Source: Scyliorhinus canicula
Lineage: Eukaryota
Reading direction: 5' to 3'
DNA length: 64,000 nucleotides
NCBI RefSeq assembly: GCF_902713615.1
Contig: NC_052158.1
Location: forward strand, 48,075,159 to 48,139,158
Shown: positions 51,513-63,947 of the stretch, piece after piece
Position numbering within the stretch: position 1 is the stretch's first letter
How the letters are laid out: the number at the start of each line of letters is the position of its first letter
Made by a program: the position numbers and the translations under genes
The notes under the pieces: generated by a model
The model's database searches: none
What the model was told of the DNA's origin: nothing
What the model saw: the letters and a program-made list of their open reading frames with translations, nothing else

Positions 51513-52225
51513 ATACACAGGTGTCCATGAACACATCAGCTGGTGATGGAGGAGAGTTGGCAGCAGCGTACGAGATTCCGGAAAGGGCTGGTGAGGAAGG
51601 GACGGAGGTGAATACCTCTCAGCAATGTGGCATGGAGGAGGGAGAGGAATGTCCGGAGGCTAAGATGTCTGATTTGGAGGGTAATGTTGGTGAACTAAAG
51701 TTAAATATTGTGGCTTGTGTGAAGGAGGAAGCCTGTGATGATCTGGCTGCTGTGGTGGAGGTAGCACGCTTGGAACCTTTGGGAGGTGAGGAACCTGAGG
51801 CCTTGGGAGCAGAAGCTCCACCGTCTCCACGAGCACACGGACAGTACCAGGCCTTTGCTGCTGGTGAAGAAAATATAAAGGATCTGAAACCTGAGTGGTT
51901 AGATCAAGAACAGGTTCAAAGTACAGAGAGTTATCAGGCCACTTCTAACTTGCTTCAGCAAACTTCGACCGAATTTAAGATGGATCTTAGCCAGAATCTA
52001 CAAAGAGACAATGGGATTCTTCAACATCATCTACAAAGAGACAACGAGATTCTTCAGCATCATCTACAAAGAAACAATGAGATTCTTCAGCAGCATCTAC
52101 AGAGAAACAATGAGATTCTTCAGCATCAGCTACAAAGAAACAATGAGATTCTTCAACAGCATCTACAAAGAAACAATGAGATTCTTCAGCAGCAGAATGA
52201 GAGTCAGTGTCAACTTCTGCAATGA
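51513..52225 (+). CDS. Terminal exon: acidic region plus 6x 11-aa coiled-coil repeat
   Basis: TTTCTTCCTGTGACAG| acceptor in phase with the previous exon; 237 open codons. Confidence 0.65.
51998..52195 (+). repeat. 33-bp coding tandem repeat x6 (LQRNNEILQQH)
   Basis: Seen directly in the sequence. Confidence 0.95.
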
Positions 52226-52724
52226 AACGAGTGAAATGAGGCAGATTTATCTCAGATTGTAGCCCCTGCACCTTCTAGTCAGCAGCAGCCCAGTGCAGAG
52301 ACATCTGCTGCTGGACACACCTCTGGTACAGGAGACGTCACATCACGGCGACGGGGGAGAGGAGGGGGAGGCGGGGAGACACAGCAGGCTTTCGGGTCCA
52401 TCCCTCCAACATTGCCTCATCAACCCCATTATCGTCCCCTTCCAAGAGATATTTTTCTGTCTGGATTTTTGCCATTACTGAGAGCCTCTCCATCTTGAGT
52501 ACAATGGCAGCAGAAACATGAATCCGTGAGCCCTATCCCCCTGATCACAGCACCTCCCATTTTCGTGGTATCAGGAATGGGCCAGGTTCGCCATTTACAC
52601 GTTTCACAGAAGCAACTGTGCATAGAAAGCAGCAGCTGCCTCCATTCGTGTGGTTCTGAGTGAGAGATGTCTGCAAACCGACTTGTGCAGGTTTGACCTG
52701 GGTACCCCTCAGGGTTTTACACTT

Positions 52725-53170
52725 GTGACTTGGGAATGACTCTGTTACTCAGGAAGTGACATGTGGAGTTACACTAACTCAAAGAGTAACACCACAACTT
52801 GGGGAGTAACTGTTACTCAGGGAGTGACTCTCGGACATGTGGAGTTATGGTGTGACTTGGGAAGTGACACTGTGACACGTGGAGTAACACTGTGACTTAT
52901 GGGGAGTAGCACTGATGTGGGGAGTAACACTGATGTGGGGAGTAACACTGATGTGGGAAGTAAAGTTAAATTTTGTGGCTTGTGTGAAGGAGGAGGCCTG
53001 TGATGATTCGGCTGCTGTGGTGAAGGGAGGGCACTTGGAACCTTTGGGAGGTGAGGAAGTAACCCTGACGTGGGGAGTAACATGGTGACGTGGGAGTTAC
53101 ACCGTGACTCGGGCAGTTACGCTGTGACTAGGGCAGTTACGCCGTGACTCAGAGAGTGATTCTGTGCCCA
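52725..53170. repeat. Degenerate ~19-20-bp minisatellite (GTGACTTGGGAGTAACACT-like)
   Basis: Seen directly in the sequence. Confidence 0.85.
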
Positions 53171-53484
53171 GGGCAGAAATTGTGCTTGGGAGTTCCTCTT
53201 GCTTGAGAAGTGACTATGGCTCAGAGATTGGCTCCAAAGTGACCAACTCTGAGAAAACAAAATAAGGGACATTTGTGTGTGGGGAGGGGGTGACGGGGGT
53301 AACAGCAGGGGCTGTCAACTGTGAGGGAGGAGGCGGGTTATTACCTGACCTGAATATTTCCAGTCCCTCTGCACATGTGTCAATGACATCTCTGCGCTCA
53401 TACACCATCTTCCTGATCCTGTGTTGGAAATACTCTGGAATGTTTATTTAGTCCCATTAAGTTTTGTCAGTGTTTTTAATGCTT

Positions 53485-54360
53485 CTGTTCTCACAACACT
53501 CCAGGCTAGTGTGCGGTCAATTCCAACTCCACTTGATCCGGAGTCATAGCAGTTAAAATTAGATTTTATTTAAAATATCTAAGGTCCTTGGCTGAGCCCA
53601 ATAAAACGCAGTCACCAGGTTGGTATATTTCACACAAGTATCCTTTTATGATGCACAGTATTATAATTAAGTGGACAGAAAATGTAACTGACTATCGCAT
53701 ACCCCTTTTCCAACTCCCCTTTCCTAACTACCCCACTCTACACAAACAACGCAGAGTGGAAAGGGGTGGTGGAAACATAAAGGAAATATCCATAAAGGGA
53801 TAAAGATCTTTGATGCCCTGGGATCACTTCTAGTCAGTGTCTTTTTGAAGTCCAGCTTTCATTTAGGTGCTTCCCTTCTGGGCTTGAGATGGTTTTCTCT
53901 GGCAAAGTTGTCTAACTTCTCTGCAGACTCCGCATCATTTCAAGTTCACAGCAAAGATGTGCCAGGCACTCTCTGGTTTTAGAACAATAGAGCAGTTCTT
54001 TCATTTCAGCAGCAGGAGAGAGAGAGAGACAGCTTCCAAGTTCTGAATGCTTCTGCCCAGTTCTCGCAGAAAGCATCACACAGGAACCAATCACTAATCG
54101 TTGTAAGGCAGAACGCTATCTCTGGCCAACCCACCGGTTCCCAGTTGATCAATCGAACCAACTTCCTCTAAAACTGGTTCCCAAGATTCACTCAGTACCA
54201 AGGAGTCTTGCCTCTGCTCTTCAAAAACAAAACCTGGGAGCAGTGTGCTGACAAAAGAGCCGTTTCAACTGATTCTTCTGCTTAAAGGCACATCCCAATT
54301 ATGGGTCCATGGACTAAAAGTAAGAAAATAAAAAATGGGGACAAAGGAAATAAACAGTAC
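53485..54360 (-). mobile_element. Solo LTR related to the Gmr1-like LTRs (another end fragment at ~42800-42985, +)
   Basis: Shared blocks such as CACCAGGTT(T/G)GTA and CCCATGGAC...AAAAT with 18295-19931. Confidence 0.6.
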
Positions 54361-54539
54361 TACTCTTACATTGTCTAATATGTTAATAAATATATTCATT
54401 TTAATTTGTTTATAATAGTTTGATGGTGTGGCATTTACTGCTTTCAAAATGATGGGAAAGTGAGGGGCAGCTCACAAAGTGGTCTCTGGGAAAATGTAAA
54501 ATCATTAATGACAGGTTCATCATACTAAGCACTGATTGA

Positions 54540-54846
54540 GATGGTCTTGTGGTGCAGTGAGTAACGTCTCTGCCTTTGAGGCCGAAGCTCTGGTTTCAAG
54601 GCCTTGATGGCCAAGGAAGGTGCATTCTTAACTTGGCCAAGCAGGTTGAATATCAACCTGGAAAATACTTCCAACGCAACTCAACAATGGCCGTCGGTAA
54701 GAGTGGGGGAGACTCCTGGTCAGACATGCTCAGTGTGGAGTGGTGCCCCTCAAGCGATAAGCCTCTGGTGACCTATTCCAGGAAAAACCTTGCTTAACAG
54801 ATGGAAGTCTGCCTTTGACACCACTAGGTGCAGGAAGAGAAGTAAC
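54540..54846 (+). mobile_element. tRNA-headed SINE-like repeat of a third type
   Basis: TGGTGCAGTGAG A-box-like head and AGAAG-type tail. Confidence 0.45.
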
Positions 54847-55231
54847 TAAACACCGATAGAGGTGGCAAGTTCCATCTCACAGGAGGCATTCTCTGCTTCT
54901 CGAAACAGTCCTTTTGCTGCAAGCTCTAAAAACAAAATGTCAAAAAGAGTCTGAATTACACCATCTGGGGTTGATTTGATTGTAAATAATCTGAAGGAAG
55001 AAGTGAATATTTGACAGGACATGAATACTATTCTGAGTAATAGATGCTGGAAATATTGGAGGTAGACAAGCTGAGTGGAATGAGAGCTGCTGTACAACAC
55101 ATCAGACTGAAAGAAGCAGCAATGAAAGGTCAATATGTGAATAATTCTGCCATAATTCTTGTCACATTGAAGTTGTAGCCAGGGCACAGGTTAGAAACTA
55201 GGGGTTTTAAGAGGCATTTTCACAGTTCAAA

Positions 55232-55584
55232 ACATAGAACACAGAACAGTACAGCACAGAACAGGCATTTCGGCCCTCAATGTTGTGCCGAGCCATGATC
55301 ACCCTACTCAAGCCCACGTATCCACCCTATACCCGTAACCCAACAACCCCCCCCCCCCCCCTTAACCTTACTTTTTAGGACACTACGGGCAATTTAGCAT
55401 GGCCAATCCACCTAACCCGCACATCTTTGGACTGTGGGAGGAAACCGGAGCACCCGGAGGAAACCCACGCACACAGGGGGAGGACGTGCAGACTCCACAC
55501 AGACAGTGACCCAGCCGGGAATCGAACCTGGGACCCTGGAGCTGTGAAGCATTGATGCTAACCACCATGCTACCCTGCTGCCCC
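55232..55584 (-). mobile_element. HE1-type V-SINE
   Basis: Near-identical to the other copies. Confidence 0.9.
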
Positions 55585-56176
55585 GATGACTGATGAATCT
55601 ATGGTTCTGCACAACTTATAAATGTGACATGGCCAACATACTGTGTATGCTAGAAATGTGACATGAATCAATATAAATCTCTTGTGTTGAACAATCTCTC
55701 TTTCATGTCCACAAAATCCCATCTCTAATAAACAAGTGCCTGACTCCCTCTCAGACCAAACTCACTGCCCGAGGCTCAGGTCTGACTGTGGCTTCGATCT
55801 GGAAAACTGATTCCGTCTCCATCAGTGACAGGTGCTCTGACCAACCTGTTTCAATTGAGAATTAAACAATGCTGCCTAAATCACAGCACATTCTCCAGTT
55901 CCTTCCTGTCTGCTTTCAATATGTTGATCTGAATTCTCCAAGTGTGGTCTAAAGAAGGTTCTGGACAAGTTAAACATCACTTCTCTTTACCATTCTATTC
56001 CTCTAAAAATGTCCTTGTTGAGCTGCCTTGTTACTTTTAATCACTGATGAATCTATGGTTCTGCACAACTTATAAATGTGACATGGCCAACATACTGTGT
56101 ATGCTAGAAATGTGACAGATTCAGGAAATGCTCAGATCAGGAAACATTTGTGGAGAGAGAAGCAACCTCTCTGCAA

Positions 56177-59100
56177 TGTAGTGATATGCATAAACAACAG
56201 TATGTCTAAATATGTATAGCCTCCAACCAGTAGGTGTCAGGCATGTAATACCACGTGACACGGGAGCCTGGATGAGAAATCGTGGCCAGTCGTATTTGTA
56301 TTAGTTCCAGTTCGATAACATTAGTTTCCTCCCCACAGTTTATTATACTATAATCAAATTAACTAGTCTTGAACTAGATGTGCTTTAGTATGCCGACTCA
56401 GTAATTGTCTCTGTACAAGAACATAACATGGTACCAGGTTCATCAAAAACTAAAAGATCAGAAGTGTGAAGATTTGAAGCACACAGTCTCAAATTTGATG
56501 GAACAGTGCTTCAAGGAATATGTGGAACATTGAAGGTAATCTCTGAAAACGCAAACCAGTGCAAGAAGAAGATAGAAAGTTTAAAAACTCCTGAACAACT
56601 TTATGTAACCAGTAATGTTGATGGCAATTGGCACATATTTAAACAACAGTTTACACTGTGGCAGCTCAAGGATTGCAGGCGCAGTCAGACGAAAGAAATA
56701 TAGTGTTGCTAATGATAGCAGGCCCACAAGCAATTGAGTTTAATAACACCTTTGTACATAATCAAGAGGACAATAGTAATAGCTTTGATGCCGTCATTAA
56801 AAAATTTGATTAACATTGCACGCCGCAAAAGAATATAACTTTTGAGCGAGTCATATTTAGAACCCGCATGCAGAAGACAGGTGATTCCTTCGATAGATTT
56901 CTTCACAACCTCAAGTTAAAAGCATAAAATTGTAACTTTGCAACTTTAAAATCCTTGATAATTTGGGATCAAATTGTCTTTGGAGTGAATGATAATAAGA
57001 TGGGTGAATGTCTCTTACGGGAGAATTTGCTTCAGTTAGAAGACACAATTAAGAATTGCCACACGAGTGAACTGGCTGCCCAACATACCAGCATACTGCA
57101 CAAGGTTTTGGTGCAAAAATTGGGAGTGATGCCGACGCCATAGATCTTGTGATGCACTCAAAAGTAAAATATGGTCTCAGCAGCGGCGGCCATTTTAAAC
57201 ACTAGGCAGAAACATCCATTACATGCAAAATATGTGGAAACAAGCACCTACCGAGGTAATGTCCAGCTTATGGCAAAGTTTACACAAAGTGCAATGGAAA
57301 AAAAATCATTTTGCGAAAAAATGTTTCACAAGCAAAAAGGTTAATGTAGGGAAGTCAATTAATACAATTAACATTAATTTGGAAGGCACATATTTTATTG
57401 CTATAGTCTTGGATGAAGACAGAGCAAACACACTCAAAAAGAATAAAATGTCACCTACAAGAAGAAAAAGTGATAAAAATGACAATGGAAAAGTGATAAA
57501 GGACAAAATGGACAGTTATTTGTTGATAAATCGATCGCTTATTGTGAAGTTAGATACAGGAGCAAGAGCATAAGCATCAGTGATATCAAGACGATGCAAT
57601 AAAAACAGAATATTGAACAAACCAATTTTCTTGAAGGACTATAATGGCCAGAAAATTGACACATTGGGAATGTGTGAGTTGGATGTACAAGATGCAGTAA
57701 AATAGCAAAAGATAAAGTTCACATATTAAAATTCTCGATAGTAGCTGAAAATCCTGAGTTATTAGGTGATGATGCATGTGAATTATTGGAACTGGGGAAA
57801 AGAGTGTATAGCACTGACAACTGTGCACTGAGCACGCACAGTGGATCAGTGGAGTCCATTGTGCAGGCTTTTCCAGAAATATTCCAGGGTGCTGGTGTTT
57901 TACCTTTCACTTACAAGATTTAATTTAAAAAATGATACTCAACCAGTGATACATGTGCCGAGAAGAGTCCCAGCACCATTACGTGACTGTCTAAAGGTTG
58001 AATTAAATAGGATAACACATATTGGAGTTATAAAAAGGATTGAAGAGCCGACAGATTGGGGCAATTTGATGGTATGCGTAAAAGAAAGAAGCAATGATCT
58101 TCGAATATGCATGGATCCCAAAGATTTAAATGCAAATATAAAAAGCGAACACTACCGCCCTCTGAAAGAGAGGAGACCACAAGTGAGATGTCTGGTGCAA
58201 AATATATCAGCAACCTAGATGCTTCACAAGGATTCTGCCACCTCAAGCTAGATGAAGAAAGTACCAAGTACTGTACGTTCAATTCTCCGTTTGGCAGATA
58301 TTGCTTTCTTTGTATGCCCTTTGGTCAGAAATATCCCATAGAGCGATGGAACATATTGTTGAATGACCATATAATTTGGGGTTACACCCAAGAGGAACAC
58401 ACTAACAGGCTAATTAGGATGTTGCAAAATATCAGAAGAAATGGGCTACGACTCAATCAGGCCAAATGTCAGCTTGGTGTAAAGGAAATAACGTTCCTAG
58501 GATATAGATTATCTGGTCAAGGGATAGAGCCTGATGACATTAAAATGCAAGCCATCATAAATATGTCTCGACCTACAGATAAAAAGGGAGTACTAAGAGT
58601 ACTGGGCATGATAAACCTCCTTGGAAAGTTCGGAACAAATCTCTCAGCAATGACAACATGTCTTAGAGATGTCCTGAAGAAAGTGAACAACCTCACTTGA
58701 ACTGAACATCATGAACAAGAATGGATAATACTAAAAGCTCCAATAACCACACCAGTATTAACATTTTCTGATCCAACAAAAAATACCAAGATTTTAACAG
58801 ATGCATCAAAAGATGGTCTAGGTGCAGTATCGCTGCAACAGGAAAATTGTAGTGATTGGAAACCAGTAGCATATGCTTCAAGATCTATGACAGAATCTGA
58901 ATGTCGTTATGCATAAATAAAAAAAGGAGTGTTTAGGGCTAGTGAATAGTTTGGAGAAATTCCATAGCTACTTATATGGTCTACCTACACATGATGTTAA
59001 TTGTCGAGACAGGTCATAGACCATTGGTTGCAACAGTCAAGAAGAACCTCAGTGAGATGTCCCCTTGCATTCAACGTCCATTGATGAAACTTCAGAGAGA

Positions 59101-61065
59101 AGACTTTGAATTAATCTATACACTGGGCAAGCACATTGTGGTAGCAGATGCTTTGCCTCGAGCTATATCAGCACAAGATGACAATTCAATTGGAAAGGAT
59201 GTGCAAGTTCATGTAGATATGATTACAGAAACACTCCCAGTGTCAGATGTACAGTCAAAACTGATCGTTGAAGAAACAGAAGGATGAAGTTTTACAAATG
59301 GTGATCACTTACAATCAGAATTAAGCATAGCAAATGGTTTGTTACTGAGGCAAGAGAGAAATGTAATTCCACAGCCTCTGCGCAAGGAAATACTACAAAT
59401 GATTAAGAGGGTCACCTTGGAATCAAGAAATGGAAGAGAAGAGAAATGTAAGATACTATATATTGGCCAGGAATAAATAAAGACATACAGAACATTGTGG
59501 AAAAGTGTACCACTTGTCAACTATATCAATATCGACAAGCAAAGGAACCGGTGAAAATTGGTGAAGTTGTGTCAGTTCCTTGGCAAAAGGTTGGGATGGA
59601 CTTTTTCTACTTTGATGGTAAAGAATATTTGCTAGTGTTAGATTATTACTCAACTTATCCAGAGGTAGCACAATTATCTAGATCATTAGCAAATTGTGTA
59701 GTCATGCACAGAAAAGCACAATAGCAACATGGAATACCTGATGTAATAAAGAGTGATAATGGACCATATTTCAACAATAAAGAATGGAAGGAATTTGCGT
59801 AGCAATTTGATTTTAAGCATTTAATGTCAAGTTCATTAACCCACAATCAAATGGCAAAGCAGAAAAAGGGGTTCAGATAGTCAAGCAATTACTGAAGAAT
59901 GCTATGGACAGTAAAGATGGTCCATATTTAGCACTGCTAAGCTATCAAACAACTCCATTAAATTGTGGTTTATGGCCAACAGAAATTCAGTGAATTGGAC
60001 ACTATGAACAACTCTGCCATGCCATACCAAGCAAAGAGTGAATGAGAAGATAAGAGATCAAATGGAATCTTAGAAGACGAAACAAAAGAAATATTATGAC
60101 AAGTCTACCAGGAGTCTGAAACCTTTGAAACCAAATGACATGGTGAGTGTGGAGGATCCAGATGGCTGGTTAAAATGTGCTCAGGTATTGCAGAAAACAG
60201 GTCCAAGGTCCTATACTGTGATAACTGAGTAAGGACAATATTATGGAGAAATAGGCAGCATCCCTAAAAGTTAAACAACCTGTTGCTGAACAGCAAGGTG
60301 AGGATGGATATGAAAGTTTACATTCATCCAAACCAAGCAGTGAATGAGTTAAATGGCCATGTACATAATTATGTTCAGAACAATGATACAATCATAGTAG
60401 ATGTATGAAATAAAATGAAATGAAAATGAAAATCGCTTATTGTCATGAGTAGGCTTTAATGAAGTTACTGTGAAAAGCCCCTAGTCGCCACATTCCAACG
60501 CTTGTCCGGGGAGGCTGGTACGGGAATTGAACCGTACTGCTGGCCTGCTTGGTCTGCTTTAAAAGCCAATGATTTAGCCCAGTGAGCTAAATCAGCATCG
60601 ACAGATGTTCAGAACTATCATAGATTCACCAGATTTACCAAAGTTGAGACGATCAATGAGAAATAAAGAAATCGGAATGGTTAGATCTGTGAATGGACAA
60701 TATAACTGTACATGATATAAAATACATTGTTATGCATATCGTATGTAATGTTTACTGAAATAATGTATTATATGTTTTCTTTAAAATCTCAATGAAAGGG
60801 GATGTAGTGATATGCATAAACAAGTGTATGTGTAAATATGTCTTGCCTCCGACCAGTAGGTGTCAGGCAAGTAATAGCATGTGACACTGTAGCCTGGAAG
60901 GCGTCTCGAGGCGGAATCACGGTGGTTAGCCGTGTTAGTTTAGTTCCAGTTTGATAGCATTAGTTTCCTACCCAGTTTATTATACTATAATAAAATTAAC
61001 TAGTCTTGAACGAGATGTTCTTTAGTACAGCGACTCAGTAATTATGTCTGTACAATAACATAACA
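56177..61065 (+). mobile_element. Full-length decayed Gypsy LTR retrotransposon: LTRs 56177-56428 and 60803-61065, tRNA-Leu(UAA)-like PBS TGGTACCAGG, gag-PR-RT-RH-IN, PPT
   Basis: Paired LTRs; TSD TGCAA/TGCAG; KLDTGA, LRICMDPKDLN, LDASQGF, PWQKVGMDFF; many stops. Confidence 0.95.
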
Positions 61066-61149
61066 TGCAGCCTTTGACATGCCGGACCACACTATCCTCC
61101 TGCAATTCTTTGTTGTCCAGTCAGCGGGACTGCTCTGACTTGTGGCAGT

Positions 61150-61445
61150 TTTTCTTCTTCAGTTATGCAGAGAATCTGCTGCAATGGTGAATCTTCCCAC
61201 CGCCATCGCTCTGGTTCCCACCAAAGGTCAATCTCTGCTTTTCAATTCGACTCAGCCGCTCGGGCTCGCGCTTCCTCACATTCCAACTGCCGAACGCTGG
61301 GCCCCAACCGCTGGTGCACGCGGCAGAACTACAATTCCCATCAGGCACATAAGGCTGGCTCTCCCCCATTCCATCCTGCTGCTCCTCACTGCGCAGGCTC
61401 CAGGCCAAATGCAGCATGGGTAATTTAGTTCCAACAGGGTGAGTG
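61150..61445 (+). promoter_or_regulatory. Promoter and first exon of ZNF unit D with two opposed ZNF143 motifs
   Basis: ACTACAATTCCCATCAGGCAC at 61328-61348; inverted copy at 61411-61429; donor GTGAGT at 61439. Confidence 0.78.
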
Positions 61446-61850
61446 TGTCTTCATGGTGCCTGCGTCAAATCAAAAGAAACCGTGAATCATGAATGCCCTC
61501 CCCATCTTTCTGATCAGGGACAGTAACTGGACATGGTGTTTGTGGACGGGATGTCAAAGTAATCCTATCCTTTGATCAGTGATGAGAGCCGTTAATCAAA
61601 GAGCTGAGTTGTTTGATTGGCTGTGTGTTGGATATTGAGTGTGTTTATTGGAAACATTTCCCTTCTGATTTACAGGCTGAGTTTTGTTGACGGGTCATTG
61701 CTGAATATGAGAAGATGAGGTGGAATTATCTGGGAGGTGCAGAGACACATTTATTCAAATGTATTTTAATGTTTTCTTTAAAGATTTTACCTGAAGGCCT
61801 TTCCCAGAAGCCTGGGCTTGGATTTGATAGTTTGCCCAGTGCTGTATGTG

Positions 61851-63067
61851 AACAAAGAACAAAGAAAATTACAGCAGAGGAACAGGCCCTTCGGCCCTCC
61901 CAGCCTGCGCCGATCCAGATCCTTTATCTAAGCCTGTCTCCTATTTTCAAAGGTCTACTTCCCTCTGTTCCCCCCCCCCCCCCCGTTCATATATCTGACT
62001 AGATGCATCTTAAATGATGCTATCGTGCCCAACTCTACCACCTCCGCTGGCAAAGCGTTCCAGGCACCCACCACACTCTGTGTAAAAATCCTTCCACGCA
62101 CATCTCCCTTAAACTTTCCCCCTCTCACCTTGAAAATGTGACCCCTTGTAATTGACACTCCCAATCTTAGAAAAAGCTTGTTGCTATCCACCCTGTCCAT
62201 ACCTCATAATTTTGTAGACCTCAATCAGGTCCCCCTTCAACCTCCGTCTTTCCAACAAAAACAATCCTAATGTACTCAACCTTTCTTCACAGCTAGCACC
62301 CTCCATACCAGGCAACATCCTGGTGAACCTCCTCTTCACCCTCGCTAAAACATCCACATCCTTCTGGTAATGTGGCGACCAGAACTGCACGCAGTATTCC
62401 AAATGTGGCCTAACCAAAGTCCTATACAACTGTCACATGACCTGCCGACTTGTGTACTCAATACCCCGTCCGATGAAGGCAAGCATGCTGTATGCCTTCT
62501 TGACCACTCTATCAACCTGCCACCTTCAGGGTAAAATAGACCTGAACTCCCAGATCTCTCTGTACATCAATTTTCCCCAGGACTCTTCCATGGACCATAT
62601 AGTCCGCTCTTCAATTTGATCTTCCAAAATGCATCACCTCGCATTTGCCTGGATTGAACTCCATCTGCCATTTCTCTGCCCAACTCTCCAATCTATCTAT
62701 ATTTTGCTGTATTCTCTGACAGTCCTCCTCACTATCTGTAACTCCACCAATCTTAGTATCATCTGCAAACTTGCTAATCAGACCACCTATACCTTCCTCC
62801 ACGTCATTTATGTATATCACAAACAACAGTGGTCCGAGCACGGTCCCTGTGGAACACCACTAGTCACCCTTCTCCATTTTGAGACACTCCCTTTCACCAC
62901 TAGTCTGTCTTACAATTGCCCAGCCAGTTCTTTATCCATCTAGCTAGTACACCCTGAACCCCATACAACTTCACTTTTTCCATCAACGTGCCATGGGAAA
63001 CTTTATCAAACGCCTTACTGAAGTCCATGTAGATAAAATCGACAGCCCTTCCCTCATCAATTAACTT
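61851..63067 (-). mobile_element. CR1/HER1-type LINE 3' portion
   Basis: ISKFADDTKIGG, YRTLVRPHLEYCVQFWSP; TSD-like TGTATGTGA/TGTGTGTGA. Confidence 0.93.
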
Positions 63068-63396
63068 TGTGTGTGAGAGCTGAATTTGGGATGTGCAGTC
63101 TGAGTGAGTGCAGTGTATCTAATTGCAAGGATAAGCTGCACTGAAGCAATATTTTCCTTAGCTTCCAGAACTTCCTGCCCAGTCCTGTTTTATTCAAATA
63201 AATTGGGAAAACATGGTGAGAAATTTAAAATTCTCTCCTGACTTCACATTTCTCCGGAGGTTTTACATTGAACACATACTCAAAAGAGTAAAACTAATTT
63301 TCAGGATGACTCAAGCTCATAATGAATTTGTGGCCCATTCAGATCGATCCTGACCATCATCCGTGGAACAGATGCACAATTGTGGAGAAACATCCA

Positions 63397-63947
63397 GGGC
63401 TGGATTCTCCATTTCAGGGAGTATGTCCCCAGTCATCGTGAAAACTGTGGTCTTTTATGCCAGAAAAACTGGTGTCTAAGATTCACAGCCTTGCTGGGGG
63501 CTAGCAGGCAGCTGACGTGGAGCTCGCAGCTCCAGCTGCCGATACGGCCCCCGCACGTCCACGTCAGAGGCCACGCATGCGCATGGTGGCGGCGTCCAGT
63601 GGCTGTGTCATGTTCCATGGCGGACTCAGACCTGGACGTGTAAATAGTGCCCGAATCGGCCGCATGCCCGAACCGGACCGCCCGCTCAAAAATACCCCTG
63701 AAAAATGTCCTGAATGAGGCCCCCCGCCTTCCGAGCGGCCCGCCTCGGAATGTGGCTGCCGCGGACTGAATCCGCAGCCACCTCGCGAGCATCCCAGGGC
63801 GGAGAATAGCGGGGCGTGGCAATCCTCTGGTTGTGGATAATAGGCGCGGAATACGGTGCTTTTCGGAGGGCGGAGAAATGCTGAACCGGCGCCGGTCCCG
63901 ATTTATTCGGGAAACTGGATTCTAGCCCCATCGCCGAACCCGATTTC
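63397..63947. mobile_element. Harbinger-type non-autonomous element (same TIR family as 19297-19634), right end lost
   Basis: GGGCTGGATTCTCC start; GC-rich interior alignable to the 19297 MITE. Confidence 0.75.

Noticed and set aside
51998-53170. CRISPR-like appearance of the 33-bp and 19-bp repeats
   Set aside because: These are head-to-tail repeats without unique spacers, in a eukaryotic context with no cas genes.
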